From an uncultured Roseburia sp. (GTDB taxonomy: Bacteria > Bacillota > Clostridia > Lachnospirales > Lachnospiraceae): 64,000 nt of DNA. This document shows, piece by piece, positions 44,681 through 54,398 of this stretch (the first letter of the stretch is position 1; each line of letters starts with the position of its first letter). The stretch lies in NCBI GenBank assembly GCA_947649645.1, contig CANSSP010000014.1:7067-71066 (forward strand), given 5' to 3'. The notes under the pieces were generated by a model. It did not search any database. It worked only from the letters and a program-made list of their open reading frames with translations, and was not told the DNA's origin. The position numbers were made by a program, and so were the translations under genes.

Positions 44681-46879
44681 TTATAAAAACTTTGTAATCC
44701 GTTCCTCAACGGCGCTCCTGGTCGCAAGAAACCGCTTTCTTAAAACCTCCGCGATATCCTCCTCCCCAAACACAGGGCCCGATGTCTCGATGTTCAGCCC
44801 ATAAGTTCCGGTCTGATTACAGAACTGAATGTAAAAATCAAGTCTCTGACCGGAAATCGTCAGATTGGACTGCTTTGTGATTAAGGCAAAATTCAGCGGG
44901 GAATTAAATATGCTGCTCTTATCACTCCGCTCCTTTTTCTTTTCCGCCCGCTCCATATCCTTATATGTCTGTGCGAGGCTGCCGACCGGCACGATATGAT
45001 GTTCCTCAAGCGCACAGGCCTGGTCGCAGAACGTGTGCAGAACTGCCTCGGTGCACAAATCCCTGTACGTCTTTGCCAGATAAAACTGGCAGATACTCTT
45101 TCGCATCACGCTTTTGGGTATCACGCTCGTCGCCAGAAGAAGCGTCTTTTCATCGGAAAATCCCGGCATGGCAAAAACCTTCTCCTTCATCTCAAAAAGC
45201 CACTCCCGGTCCGCGCCCGTGCGGATCGACTTTAAAATACGCTCCATATCCTCCATCATGTTTTCGTTCTGGTCCTTATCGTATCTGCCCGAAAAAACAG
45301 CGATCCAGTACCAGGCCTCCAGAAGCTGCGAAATGCCTTTATCGTGATAATAAACGTCGTCGAAGAACAGATACCCAAGCAGCACAAGCACCAGATTGTA
45401 ATTGACTTCCGTAATCTTTCGCACGCCGCACCGCGTCTGCAGAAAGAAACACGCGCGGTCGATTCCTCTGCACACTCCCTTATAGTTTGCCCAGATCTGC
45501 TCCGCGTCAAGCTGTAAAATCTTTTCACGTTTGATATAGACGATATCGTTCCGTGAAACATCATACCCCGGAAAATGGCTCACCAGCGAAAGAATATTTA
45601 AAAATGCCTCCGTGTATTTCACATTGAGCTGATTGCGCTTCCCGTCCAGACAGCCGAGATACTCCGCGGCCGAATAGTACGGATTGGCTTTATAAAACGC
45701 CCGGAAATAAGTATCCATATTTTCCGGCAGGAGATTCAGGTCATACTCCCCGGGCGTCTGGATATACCCGACGATCGCGTCAGAAAGATTCTTGTTCCCG
45801 GCCGTCCGGCTCTTTGCCGCCCGCGCCAGGATCAGCTCAAACGTGCTCAGGGCAATGCCTCCCATATTCAGATTTTCATAAATATCAATCGCCCGGTTCC
45901 GGTTGGAATCGTCCACGATGATCTGATGCAGATCCATGTTTGTGATGCAGGACATCAGGTACTGCCGCATCCGGTCCGCCCAGTGTGTTTCTCCCATTTC
46001 CATCCACTTCTCCTGCAGCCTCTCCCGCGAAACACTTCCGTCCACAATGATTTCTTCCAGATAATCCGGCTCGATATGCGTCTCCACAAACGCTCTCCGT
46101 TCCCCGGACGATAAGAGGACGTCAAACTCCTGCTCCATCCTGAAATGCACGACATCCTCGACGATATTTTTAAGCACCGTCTTAAGCCGCGTCTCACTGC
46201 TGTCATTGCCGCTGCCGATCAGAAGATACAGGGGAATCAGATAGGCGTCGTTCTGCATGCAGAACTTTGTAATCCGCTGTGGTTTTGCAGTATGCGGCGC
46301 GTACGGCTCCTCCGTCTTTTCATCAAACGAATATTTTTCTATATATTCGACAATGTCCCCGGTCAGAAAATCCGGCACATCGCTCTCCGGATTCCCTGGA
46401 AAAAACGAAAGGCATTTTAAATGAAACAGATCATTGCGCCCGTTCAGATTTTCAATCGTGGGAATTTTTAAGAAAAAACGGTTTCGCAGATCGGTCGAAA
46501 TCAGTTTCTTGTAATCGCAGCAGAGCCTGCCGCTCCCCAGATAATCATAGTAAAGCAGATTGGAGAAAACATTGGTGAGCGCGGTGAGACGCTGCTGCCC
46601 GTCCAGCAGCGCATACACCGTCTCGTCCGGATTCCGGTCCGACAGATCCGGCTCATCTTTACGCCCCGGAATCCTGCAGCCGTAATCCGAAATCTTCGCT
46701 TCCAGCAGAAGGACGCTTCCGATCGGCATTTTGGCCAGGACAGACGCGATCAGGGATCTCTGTTTTTCCACGCCCCACACAAACCCGCGCTGAAAATCCG
46801 GCAGCAGCAGCTCCCTGTTCTGTATCATCTCCGTCAGTTTTTTCAAATTGGTATTTGTCGCTTTCTCCAGCTTTACCAT
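44681..46879 (-). CDS. sspE: SspE-like phosphorothioate-sensing restriction component (DUF262 NTPase domain plus DUF1524/HNH-like nuclease domain)
   Basis: N-terminal DUF262 motifs are LLLPDFQRGFVW and LLDGQQRLTAL. A C-terminal His-Me finger-like block reads EEHHIVPVGSL...NSPLNFALITKQSN. The gene follows sspA with a 3-nt gap. Confidence 0.8.
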   Translation of the reverse strand: MVKLEKATNTNLKKLTEMIQNRELLLPDFQRGFVWGVEKQRSLIASVLAKMPIGSVLLLEAKISDYGCRIPGRKDEPDLSDRNPDETVYALLDGQQRLTALTNVFSNLLYYDYLGSGRLCCDYKKLISTDLRNRFFLKIPTIENLNGRNDLFHLKCLSFFPGNPESDVPDFLTGDIVEYIEKYSFDEKTEEPYAPHTAKPQRITKFCMQNDAYLIPLYLLIGSGNDSSETRLKTVLKNIVEDVVHFRMEQEFDVLLSSGERRAFVETHIEPDYLEEIIVDGSVSRERLQEKWMEMGETHWADRMRQYLMSCITNMDLHQIIVDDSNRNRAIDIYENLNMGGIALSTFELILARAAKSRTAGNKNLSDAIVGYIQTPGEYDLNLLPENMDTYFRAFYKANPYYSAAEYLGCLDGKRNQLNVKYTEAFLNILSLVSHFPGYDVSRNDIVYIKREKILQLDAEQIWANYKGVCRGIDRACFFLQTRCGVRKITEVNYNLVLVLLGYLFFDDVYYHDKGISQLLEAWYWIAVFSGRYDKDQNENMMEDMERILKSIRTGADREWLFEMKEKVFAMPGFSDEKTLLLATSVIPKSVMRKSICQFYLAKTYRDLCTEAVLHTFCDQACALEEHHIVPVGSLAQTYKDMERAEKKKERSDKSSIFNSPLNFALITKQSNLTISGQRLDFYIQFCNQTGTYGLNIETSGPVFGEEDIAEVLRKRFLATRSAVEERITKFL

Positions 46880-46882
46880 CCT

Positions 46883-48088
46883 CTATCCCTCCGCAATTTC
46901 CCGCGCCGCCCGCACCAGAGCGTCCACTTCCTCCTCCGTCGTATACCTTCCCACGCTCGCCCGCACCACCCCTGCAAAACTTTCGCTGTGCAGATATCTG
47001 TGGATGAGCGGAGCGCACTGATACCCTGCCCGCACCGCAATGTGAAAATCCTTATCCAGAATCATCGCCGTCTCCTCCGCCGTATATCCCCGGATATTAA
47101 ACGCGACGATCCCCGTCTGCTCCCCGGGGCCTCCGGCCCTGTACACCACAGCTCCCGGTATTTCCTCCAGCCCTCCAGCAAGGCGCGCCGACAGCGCGCG
47201 CTCCCTTTGCAGAAACACGTCCGCGTTCCCCGCCGCCGCTGCCGTCTGTCTTATTTCCCGCACAGCGGCGCACAGCCCCGCCGCACCGGCCGTATTGCTG
47301 CTGCCCGGCTCAAATCCGCCCGGCGTGCGCATATCCATCCAAAGGCTGAGCGAATCGCTTCCCGTCCCGCCTGCCAGATATGGCCGCAGGGCAGCGGCGC
47401 TTAAATTTAAGAATCCTCCCGTCCCCGCGGGACCGCAGAGCGTTTTATGCCCGGCAAAAATATAAAAGTCCACCGCCATATTAAAAAGCTTCACCGGGAC
47501 AACGCCCAGCGCCTGCGCCCCGTCCACCGCCACCAGCGCTCCGGCATCCTTCGCCAGCGCGGCAATCTCCGCAACCGGAAGAATACATCCCACAACGTTG
47601 CTGACATGCGTGACCGCCACTACGGCCGGTCTTTTTTTCCGGAACTGGTACGCAATATGCTCTGTATCCGGAAGAAGCGTTCTCCGGTCCACCGCAAGCT
47701 CCTCAATCACAAAACCATGCTGCGCGCCGAGATGAAAAAGCACCCGCATCACCGCATTATGCTCGTAGGGCGACACATAGACCACATCACAGCTCCTCCA
47801 GGAAATCCCGCCGAAAATCTGATTGCACGCGACGGTCGCGGAAGGCGTGAGCACCACCTGTGCATCTTCCCCCGCGCCAGCCAGCGCTTTTATCTCCTCT
47901 TTTGCAGAAAGAATTACCTCATCCGCCTTCCTGGCGAGCGCATAAGATCCCCGCCCCGCATTTACGGCATATCCACGGTTCGCCGCGTCCACTGCGCGGC
48001 AGACGGCCTCCGGCTTCGGAAATGCAGCCGCCGCATTATCAAGATAGATCCACTGTTTCATTCTCCGCCTCATCTTTCGCACATACAT
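46883..48088 (-). CDS. sspA: Cysteine desulfurase (class V aminotransferase fold), SspA/DndA-like
   Basis: The PLP-lysine motif is FAGHKTLCGPAGTGG. The catalytic-Cys loop is RAGYQCAPL, like SufS/CsdA. An alternative start at M10 (48061) has the better RBS. Confidence 0.8.
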   Translation of the reverse strand: MYVRKMRRRMKQWIYLDNAAAAFPKPEAVCRAVDAANRGYAVNAGRGSYALARKADEVILSAKEEIKALAGAGEDAQVVLTPSATVACNQIFGGISWRSCDVVYVSPYEHNAVMRVLFHLGAQHGFVIEELAVDRRTLLPDTEHIAYQFRKKRPAVVAVTHVSNVVGCILPVAEIAALAKDAGALVAVDGAQALGVVPVKLFNMAVDFYIFAGHKTLCGPAGTGGFLNLSAAALRPYLAGGTGSDSLSLWMDMRTPGGFEPGSSNTAGAAGLCAAVREIRQTAAAAGNADVFLQRERALSARLAGGLEEIPGAVVYRAGGPGEQTGIVAFNIRGYTAEETAMILDKDFHIAVRAGYQCAPLIHRYLHSESFAGVVRASVGRYTTEEEVDALVRAAREIAEG

Positions 48089-48105
48089 CTCTGAATTTAA
48101 AGAGT

Positions 48106-51100
48106 CTATGTCAGTATTTCTTCGAGCAGTTCCGCAAGGACCGCAGCCTTCTGACCCGGGGCAAGCGCTTCCCCGAAATCTTCCATCGCCTCTGCCATCA
48201 CGTTTTTTAAGTATCTGCTCGTCGTATCCGTCGTATCCGCGTCAAAATATTTCTCAATCTCTCTCCCGTCCGCGTCTCTTAATAAAACAGACCTGCACCC
48301 TGCGGCTTCCGCCGTCCGCGCTCCCGCCTCCTGAATCCGCGCGCGGACGGCGGAAAGCTCCTCTAAAAAAGCTTCCGGCGTGTCATCCCTCCAGTCCTCG
48401 ATATAAACATCCAGCACAATCTTTGACAGCCGCGCGGCAATCTCCGTCTCGTCATACGTCTTAAGACTGCCGATATACTTTAACAGGCGCTCTTCCGCAG
48501 TGCCCAGAACATATTTTCTGACGGTCAGGCTCTGTTCCCATTCCTCTAAACGCGCCTTTAAACTGCCGTCCCCGCAGACGCCAAACACAGCCTTCGCATC
48601 TTTCGCCGCACGGCGTCTGAGCACGTCGATCCGCCCGTCCAGCAGCTCCTTAGCGTGCTCCAGTCTCTTAAGAACTTCCTCATAAACACCCCGGTCTGCA
48701 CATTTTTCCTCTGTCAGAAACATTTCAGGAAAACGGTCGAACAAAAGCTCTCTTGGATTGATCTCGGCGCGTTTGATCACACGGCGCAGCGCATGGATCC
48801 CGGCGCGCTCTGCCTCAGGAAAATCCATCGTCACCATGGCGCACTGCGGCAGGGAGCGATACCATCTCTGCACGCAGCGGGTAATCCCGGCAATTCGCTC
48901 CTGTCCTGTGTCCGCGTGAATCTTATTTCTGCAGAAAAGATGTTCCAGCCCCGCGAGATAGGCTTCCTTTTCCGCCGTCTCCTGCTCTAAATACAATTCA
49001 TAATTTCCGGGCGCTTCGTTGACTTTATTTAAAATCTCATAATCTGCCCCGATCTCCCGGCCCCCGGAATAGACGACAGCCGCAGCCTCCAGATCGGCAA
49101 GATTTTTTGCCAGAAACAGGGGTATCACACCTTTTCGCACGCCGTAATCCCTGCCGGAAAGCCGCGTGTAAAGCTTTTCAAACGAGACGCGTTTTCCCGC
49201 GCACTCCCCCAGAAAACGGCCGATTTCCCCACAGACCTCACGATACCCCGCGTCCTCCCTGGTGTAAAAAAATGCGGCCCGGTAAATCATGGCCTCCGGG
49301 CTTGTCCCCTGCCCGTATGAATCGAGATCCCCGTGCTCGAGAATTTTTTTCACCACTTTATTGCGGGCGCGCAGATACTGTGGCCCCACTTTCCGGATAT
49401 TGAGCAGTTCATGGTTCACCTTTGGCGAAAAACCGTAATAGTCCTCGCAGACGGCGCTTAAAAGGCTTCCAAAAGCCGCCGCGCTCTTAACGCGCGCCGG
49501 AGGCCGGCCCGCCCTTAAAACCTGTACGTGGCCGTTCCAGGGAAGGTACGTCTCCTGCATCCTGGCTCCCAGTTCCGACGCGATATCCTCCTCATACAGG
49601 GAAAGTTCCTGCGCCAGAAGCCGGTTTCCGTCCACAAACCGCTCATCCGCCGCAAGCTCGCGCACAGCGTGGTATTTCCTGGCCAGCAGGTCGGCCGCAA
49701 ACGGCCTGTCCGGCAAAAGAAGCAGGATGCGCGCATCCCCGAGGCGGTCCAGGTGGCTTCTTAAACTTTCCAGGAGATCATTTTCGTCTCCCTCTCTCCA
49801 GATCACTACAACGATCTTTCCGTCCGAAAAGGACTCTTCAAACAGATATTCTGCAGAAGAAAGACCCAGAAATTCCTGTTTTTCCAGAAAAACATACTGA
49901 AAATAACGCGTCATCGCATATTTCAGATTGTACTTTCTGGGAATCTCATATTTTATTCCAGGCGCAGCGTCCAGAATATCACAGACACGGCCCCGGTTTT
50001 CATACTCCGACGCCTTCTTTAAAATCTCCTTTTCGATATTTACGCCGACACGACTGCGGAAGGCATAGGCGCCGACACTGCTGCGGTATACGATTATCTC
50101 CTTTTCCACAAGCGACCTCATCGCCTGCCGGACACTCTCCTCATCCATTGACAGGGACAGGCAGACCGTACCCTCGCGCGCCGGAAGCTCTTCCTCGCGG
50201 CGAATCATGCGAATGACGGCGAGCGCCTTTACAACGGCACGCTCCGTCTCGTCGGAAAGGCGCTCCAGCGCATTTTCAGCCTTTGCCCATTCCCGGTGAA
50301 TCGACGGCTGATCTGCCGCATCCCGAAACAACGGCGTAAAATAATCGTAAAGCCGGTCGACTCCGACCAGCGCGTCGGCTTCCCTCTGCAGGATCCACCC
50401 CAGACTCCCCTGCCCTTCCCCGGCAAGAAACGTAAAAACCGTGCGCTCATTCTGCGCAACCCGCTCGCTGATGCGCAGCAGCGCATAACAGGACAGCGGC
50501 GTCATCGGAAAACACTTCTTTCCGATCGTCTCGAAAAAATCTTTCTCGGAAAACAGACGGCTGAAACACGGCATCTCCCTTGATCTGCACAAAAACTCCC
50601 GGTAACCGGTCTGCCGCAGAAGATCACGGTACGCCCTGGAAAACTGTGGTTCCCGCCGGATAAGCGCATCGGCAATCAGCTCATAATCATTCTGCGCCGA
50701 GACCACAAATTCCACTTCCGTGAGCCTTCCTTCCACACCGCGGAAGGCATTTTTCGCCGCCTCCGGTATCCCTTTCTTATACGCGCGGACACTCTTGTGG
50801 GCGGCCAGCGTGAGAAACAGGACCGGCTCCCCGCTCTCGGCCAGCTCACATATGTCCTGGAGCGTCCGCATATCGTTTGAAAAGCCTTCCTCCGGGTGGC
50901 CTTCGATATATTTGCTGAACTCATCAAATACAATATATATTCCGGCATATCCATATTCCTCTGTCAGCATACGTCCGATTTTCCGGTAAATCCCCATTGC
51001 ATCCATCGTAAGCATGGGTGCAAACACGTTTCCAGCGGTGAGCGCCGGATAAATTTTCCTGAAAAAGGCAAGCGCCTCCCTCTTCTTTTTCGCGAGCGCC

Positions 51101-51699
51101 GTTTCAAATGCCTCCGGCGTGGTTCCCTGCTCCTTTAGCAGCATCCCAAACTTCTGATACGTTTCCGGATAAGCACGTTCCCAGAGCTTCACCGCGGTGA
51201 GCGCCTCCGAATAGTAACTGTCCGGCGCAATATCGGCAAGCCCCTCACGCAGCAGGGCCTCCCGCAGCGCGATCACAAACGCCTGGTTTAACCCGGCGCC
51301 GGATACCGGATTTACAAGAACCGCAAGATACTTTTTTCCCGCGTCCCACACGGCGCGTGTGCGCCTGGCCACACACCGTTCCCCCGCATTTTCCAGGCGC
51401 CGCAGCAGCGCCTCGTTTTCCCCCGAAGCTCCCGAAAGAAGCGACAGAAGCACCAGCAGAAGATGTGATTTTCCTTTTCCGTAAGGGCCAATCAGAATGG
51501 TGGCGCGCCCTTTGCCCTTCCCCGACACGGCAGAAAGATACCGGTCGAGAATCGCAGCCGAAGAACGGGTTGGAATGTAGCTGCCAATCCGCTCATAGTT
51601 TCCGAGGTCAAGCTGCAGATTGACAGACTTTCTGAAATTTTCATTTGTCCGTATCAGCCCGATACACTGCCTCATCCGCATAAAATCCTCCATCTTCAC
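48106..51699 (-). CDS. sspC: Large P-loop ATPase, SspC-like (BrxC/PglY-type DUF499 resemblance)
   Basis: Walker A is GPYGKGKSH and Walker B is IYIVFDEFSKY. Length is 1197 aa. The start region overlaps the sspB stop (GTGA). Alternative ATG starts lie at 51693 and 51681. The assignment rests mainly on operon context. Confidence 0.65.
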   Translation of the reverse strand: MKMEDFMRMRQCIGLIRTNENFRKSVNLQLDLGNYERIGSYIPTRSSAAILDRYLSAVSGKGKGRATILIGPYGKGKSHLLLVLLSLLSGASGENEALLRRLENAGERCVARRTRAVWDAGKKYLAVLVNPVSGAGLNQAFVIALREALLREGLADIAPDSYYSEALTAVKLWERAYPETYQKFGMLLKEQGTTPEAFETALAKKKREALAFFRKIYPALTAGNVFAPMLTMDAMGIYRKIGRMLTEEYGYAGIYIVFDEFSKYIEGHPEEGFSNDMRTLQDICELAESGEPVLFLTLAAHKSVRAYKKGIPEAAKNAFRGVEGRLTEVEFVVSAQNDYELIADALIRREPQFSRAYRDLLRQTGYREFLCRSREMPCFSRLFSEKDFFETIGKKCFPMTPLSCYALLRISERVAQNERTVFTFLAGEGQGSLGWILQREADALVGVDRLYDYFTPLFRDAADQPSIHREWAKAENALERLSDETERAVVKALAVIRMIRREEELPAREGTVCLSLSMDEESVRQAMRSLVEKEIIVYRSSVGAYAFRSRVGVNIEKEILKKASEYENRGRVCDILDAAPGIKYEIPRKYNLKYAMTRYFQYVFLEKQEFLGLSSAEYLFEESFSDGKIVVVIWREGDENDLLESLRSHLDRLGDARILLLLPDRPFAADLLARKYHAVRELAADERFVDGNRLLAQELSLYEEDIASELGARMQETYLPWNGHVQVLRAGRPPARVKSAAAFGSLLSAVCEDYYGFSPKVNHELLNIRKVGPQYLRARNKVVKKILEHGDLDSYGQGTSPEAMIYRAAFFYTREDAGYREVCGEIGRFLGECAGKRVSFEKLYTRLSGRDYGVRKGVIPLFLAKNLADLEAAAVVYSGGREIGADYEILNKVNEAPGNYELYLEQETAEKEAYLAGLEHLFCRNKIHADTGQERIAGITRCVQRWYRSLPQCAMVTMDFPEAERAGIHALRRVIKRAEINPRELLFDRFPEMFLTEEKCADRGVYEEVLKRLEHAKELLDGRIDVLRRRAAKDAKAVFGVCGDGSLKARLEEWEQSLTVRKYVLGTAEERLLKYIGSLKTYDETEIAARLSKIVLDVYIEDWRDDTPEAFLEELSAVRARIQEAGARTAEAAGCRSVLLRDADGREIEKYFDADTTDTTSRYLKNVMAEAMEDFGEALAPGQKAAVLAELLEEILT

Positions 51700-52568
51700 C
51701 TTCTGTAATACGCTTCTGCCGCCTCATACTGCGTCAACTCTTCCGCAGGATAGACCATATTTAACCCCGCGGTACGGTTTACCGTAACCCGTCCCCGCGC
51801 CTCCAGACGCTCCAGAAGCTCCGCCAGAGCGTTTCTCTTTAACTGCAGCAATCTGCCCGGCCCGTTCTCCATGATGAGCAGTTCATCGATCCCGATTGAT
51901 TTTTTCCCTCTCACACACTGTTCCATCAGACAGAGCACAACGTCCTCCGGCAGGCGTCCCGGATCAGGCTGTTTTCTGCAGTATTTTCCGTCTGCAGGCT
52001 CTAACAGACCCAGAACCGCAAACGGACTGACATTTTTATCCTCCGGCGTGCCTCCGCTTTCCCCTTTATCCAGATACATATGCACAATCGCGTCGCAGTC
52101 GTCCTCAACGGACTTTTCCGCAGGGACCGTTGTCCCTGCCTCTCTGGCCGCCGCGGCTGCCAGCCCCCGCATCTCCTCTGCAAGCTGTCTGCGCTCAAAT
52201 TCTTCATAGCCGAACCGGTTGAAAAAAAGATTCCAGGCCGTCGCCTGCGCCCGGTTCGACGCAATCCGGCAGTGAAGCAGCCAGAGAGTAAACGGATCTT
52301 CTGTGTATGGATCCCGCGCAAAAATCAGCTCGCCCATATCGGTCAGAAAAACACCGTCCTTTGCCGTCTCCCTCGTCAGCCCGGCACACCTAAGCCAGTA
52401 GCGGATGGCCTTTGCCATGTTCGGTCCTACGCCGAGTGCGTCCGCTCCGTAATTCTGCGCAAACACCCTGGGATTTTTCCTCACTTCGTTCAGTCCCTTG
52501 TTAAGCCAGCCCTCTCTGAGCGTAAAGGTCTCATGCCCCTTAAAGCGGATTCCCTTTATTCCTGCCAC
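51696..52568 (-). CDS. sspB: DUF4007-family protein, SspB-like (nickase component)
   Basis: The DUF4007 signature FKGHETFTLREGWLNKGL lies at the N-terminus. The start is placed at the GTG at 52568, with AAAGGAG 7 nt upstream. The track ATG at 52664 would overlap sspD by 125 nt. Confidence 0.8.
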   Translation of the reverse strand: MAGIKGIRFKGHETFTLREGWLNKGLNEVRKNPRVFAQNYGADALGVGPNMAKAIRYWLRCAGLTRETAKDGVFLTDMGELIFARDPYTEDPFTLWLLHCRIASNRAQATAWNLFFNRFGYEEFERRQLAEEMRGLAAAAAREAGTTVPAEKSVEDDCDAIVHMYLDKGESGGTPEDKNVSPFAVLGLLEPADGKYCRKQPDPGRLPEDVVLCLMEQCVRGKKSIGIDELLIMENGPGRLLQLKRNALAELLERLEARGRVTVNRTAGLNMVYPAEELTQYEAAEAYYRR

Positions 52569-54315
52569 GGCCCGTCTCCTTTCTTCTGATCGTAAGTACC
52601 TTCCGCATATAGCAGCCTCCTGTAAAATGGCTGACGCACTCCCCGCAGCGCGTACACTTTTCATCCGATATCCGGTACGCCGTGCCGTCTTTTTCCGCTT
52701 TCACCGACAGCGCATTATGGCGGCAGACACTCTCGCACGCAAGACAGCCCATACACATCTGGTATTTCGTAATCTGGCAGTATATACGCTCACCCGCCGT
52801 CTTTACGTCCACAGCTCCCGCGATCCGGTGATTTACGATCGTCACCTTAAACATCCGCGCGCCGATACGCCCCTGGAGTTTTAGCAGAATCCCGCCTTTT
52901 TTATCCAGAACAAAAACTTCCCCGAGCCGCTCCCTGCCCATGTCGGAATTTAAATACCCAAACGGCCGGAACAGTTCATAAAGCGCCTCTGAAACCGGAC
53001 GCTGAAGTTCATAGTGAAGGGTGTTTTCCTCCGCCGCGCACGGCTGAAACGCAACAATCGATCTGTCTGCGTAGGCAACCCCGCTGCCTCCCTGTCTGGC
53101 CTTCCAGAAACCGCCGTCCACATATTCCTCCGCGTCTGCCTTTCCGATCCCTTTTGCAAACGAAACCAGAAGGCGGCGGAACTGTTCCGTCTGCACAGGC
53201 AGATGCACTCTGGATAAAAATTCGGACCAGCCGCTGTTGTTCGGACAGCACCAGCATCCCACCCTGGCATAGCCCAGACGGTAACCCTCGTTAAAATCGA
53301 TGCCGCGCGTCAGAAGATACAGCCACACGTCAAAATCCATCCAGTCGATAATGGGCGACGCAATCCGCTGTTTGGTGATCTTCGGACTGTCCGTCTCGCG
53401 CTCATACCGGCTCCGGTTTCGCGACTCGCTGCGCCTTATCCCATAAAAGGTGAGGATCCGGCTCCTGTCGCGGTAAAGGGAACGGATTTTTTTCTGAATA
53501 ACGCCCGTCTTAAAAACAGTACAGCACCACCGCATCACCCTGCTCGGCGGACCGATCAGCTCACAGAGCGTTTCAAAGTCTTTTTCCCTGTTCCTCGCCG
53601 TAAGCAGCGGCGTCTTCGGATGTTCCTTTTTAAACCGTTCCACATATTCATAGGTAAACGGAAATTCCAGCGTCGTATCCCCGAATATATGCATCACCTG
53701 CGGACTGCTCAGGGCCCGCATCAGAAGATCCGAAGTCACTGTCGAATCCTTTCCGCCGCTGAAAGAGACAAACAGATCTGCTGTCCCGGAGCCCACCGCC
53801 ACCGTCCGGATATAATCCGCCGCCTCCTCTGTCATTCGCTCGAAACGCCCGCGGTTTGCCTCAGTAAACCGTCTGATCAGCCGGTCGAAAACATCGTAAT
53901 CATTTACGGGCTTCAGCTTTTCGTATGTCTCTCTCACCGCGCCCGCATCTACTTTTTTCAGATCTCTGACCGAAAACGGAATCCTCCTTCCGTCCACAAA
54001 ATAATGGTTTCCTGCCCCGTTCCACACTGCCGCTTCCCTGAAGCAGAACGGATCCCCGATGAGAATCTCTAACAGAAGCCGCTCCTCCGGAAAAACCGGA
54101 CGGACATCCGCGGAGAGGGACCGGGCTTTACCTCCGCACAGAGGACAGCAATCCTCATACAGTGGAACCTTACAGCTTTCGCACCAGTAGATGACAGATG
54201 AAGCCTCCGCTCTCCCGCCACACGTGGGGCACACGCTCGTCTCACAGCGCAGCCCGGTGCACAAAAGGTCATGCCCCGTCTTTTCGTCTCTGTTGCGGCA
54301 TATGTATGTAATCAT
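52540..54315 (-). CDS. sspD: PAPS-reductase/ATP-pyrophosphatase family protein with Zn-ribbon and 4Fe-4S ferredoxin domains, SspD/DndC-like
   Basis: The PP-loop is FSGGKDST. N-terminal Zn-ribbon Cys pairs are CPTCGG...CESC...CPLCGG. The C-terminal clusters are CMGCLACESVC and CTRCGECV. Confidence 0.85.
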   Translation of the reverse strand: MITYICRNRDEKTGHDLLCTGLRCETSVCPTCGGRAEASSVIYWCESCKVPLYEDCCPLCGGKARSLSADVRPVFPEERLLLEILIGDPFCFREAAVWNGAGNHYFVDGRRIPFSVRDLKKVDAGAVRETYEKLKPVNDYDVFDRLIRRFTEANRGRFERMTEEAADYIRTVAVGSGTADLFVSFSGGKDSTVTSDLLMRALSSPQVMHIFGDTTLEFPFTYEYVERFKKEHPKTPLLTARNREKDFETLCELIGPPSRVMRWCCTVFKTGVIQKKIRSLYRDRSRILTFYGIRRSESRNRSRYERETDSPKITKQRIASPIIDWMDFDVWLYLLTRGIDFNEGYRLGYARVGCWCCPNNSGWSEFLSRVHLPVQTEQFRRLLVSFAKGIGKADAEEYVDGGFWKARQGGSGVAYADRSIVAFQPCAAEENTLHYELQRPVSEALYELFRPFGYLNSDMGRERLGEVFVLDKKGGILLKLQGRIGARMFKVTIVNHRIAGAVDVKTAGERIYCQITKYQMCMGCLACESVCRHNALSVKAEKDGTAYRISDEKCTRCGECVSHFTGGCYMRKVLTIRRKETGRGRNKGNPL

Positions 54316-54358
54316 ATTTTTCTTTCTTTCTGAGAATATTTTTCTTTCTGACTGAGAA
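54315..54358 (-). repeat. Tandem 22-nt direct repeat forming the sspD 5' leader
   Basis: On the plus strand, TATTTTTCTTTCTTTCTGAGAA (54315-54336) is directly followed by TATTTTTCTTTCTGACTGAGAA (54337-54358). Identity is 20/22. The first copy abuts the sspD start codon. Confidence 0.65.
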
Positions 54359-54369
54359 AATATAGACTT

Positions 54370-54398
54370 ATTATATTCTGATTTTCTAAGAATTTCAA
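54370..54398 (-). promoter_or_regulatory. Sigma-A promoter of the ssp operon
   Basis: The minus strand reads TTGAAA-17 nt (TTCTTAGAAAATCAGAA)-TATAAT, about 55 nt upstream of the sspD ATG. Confidence 0.55.
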
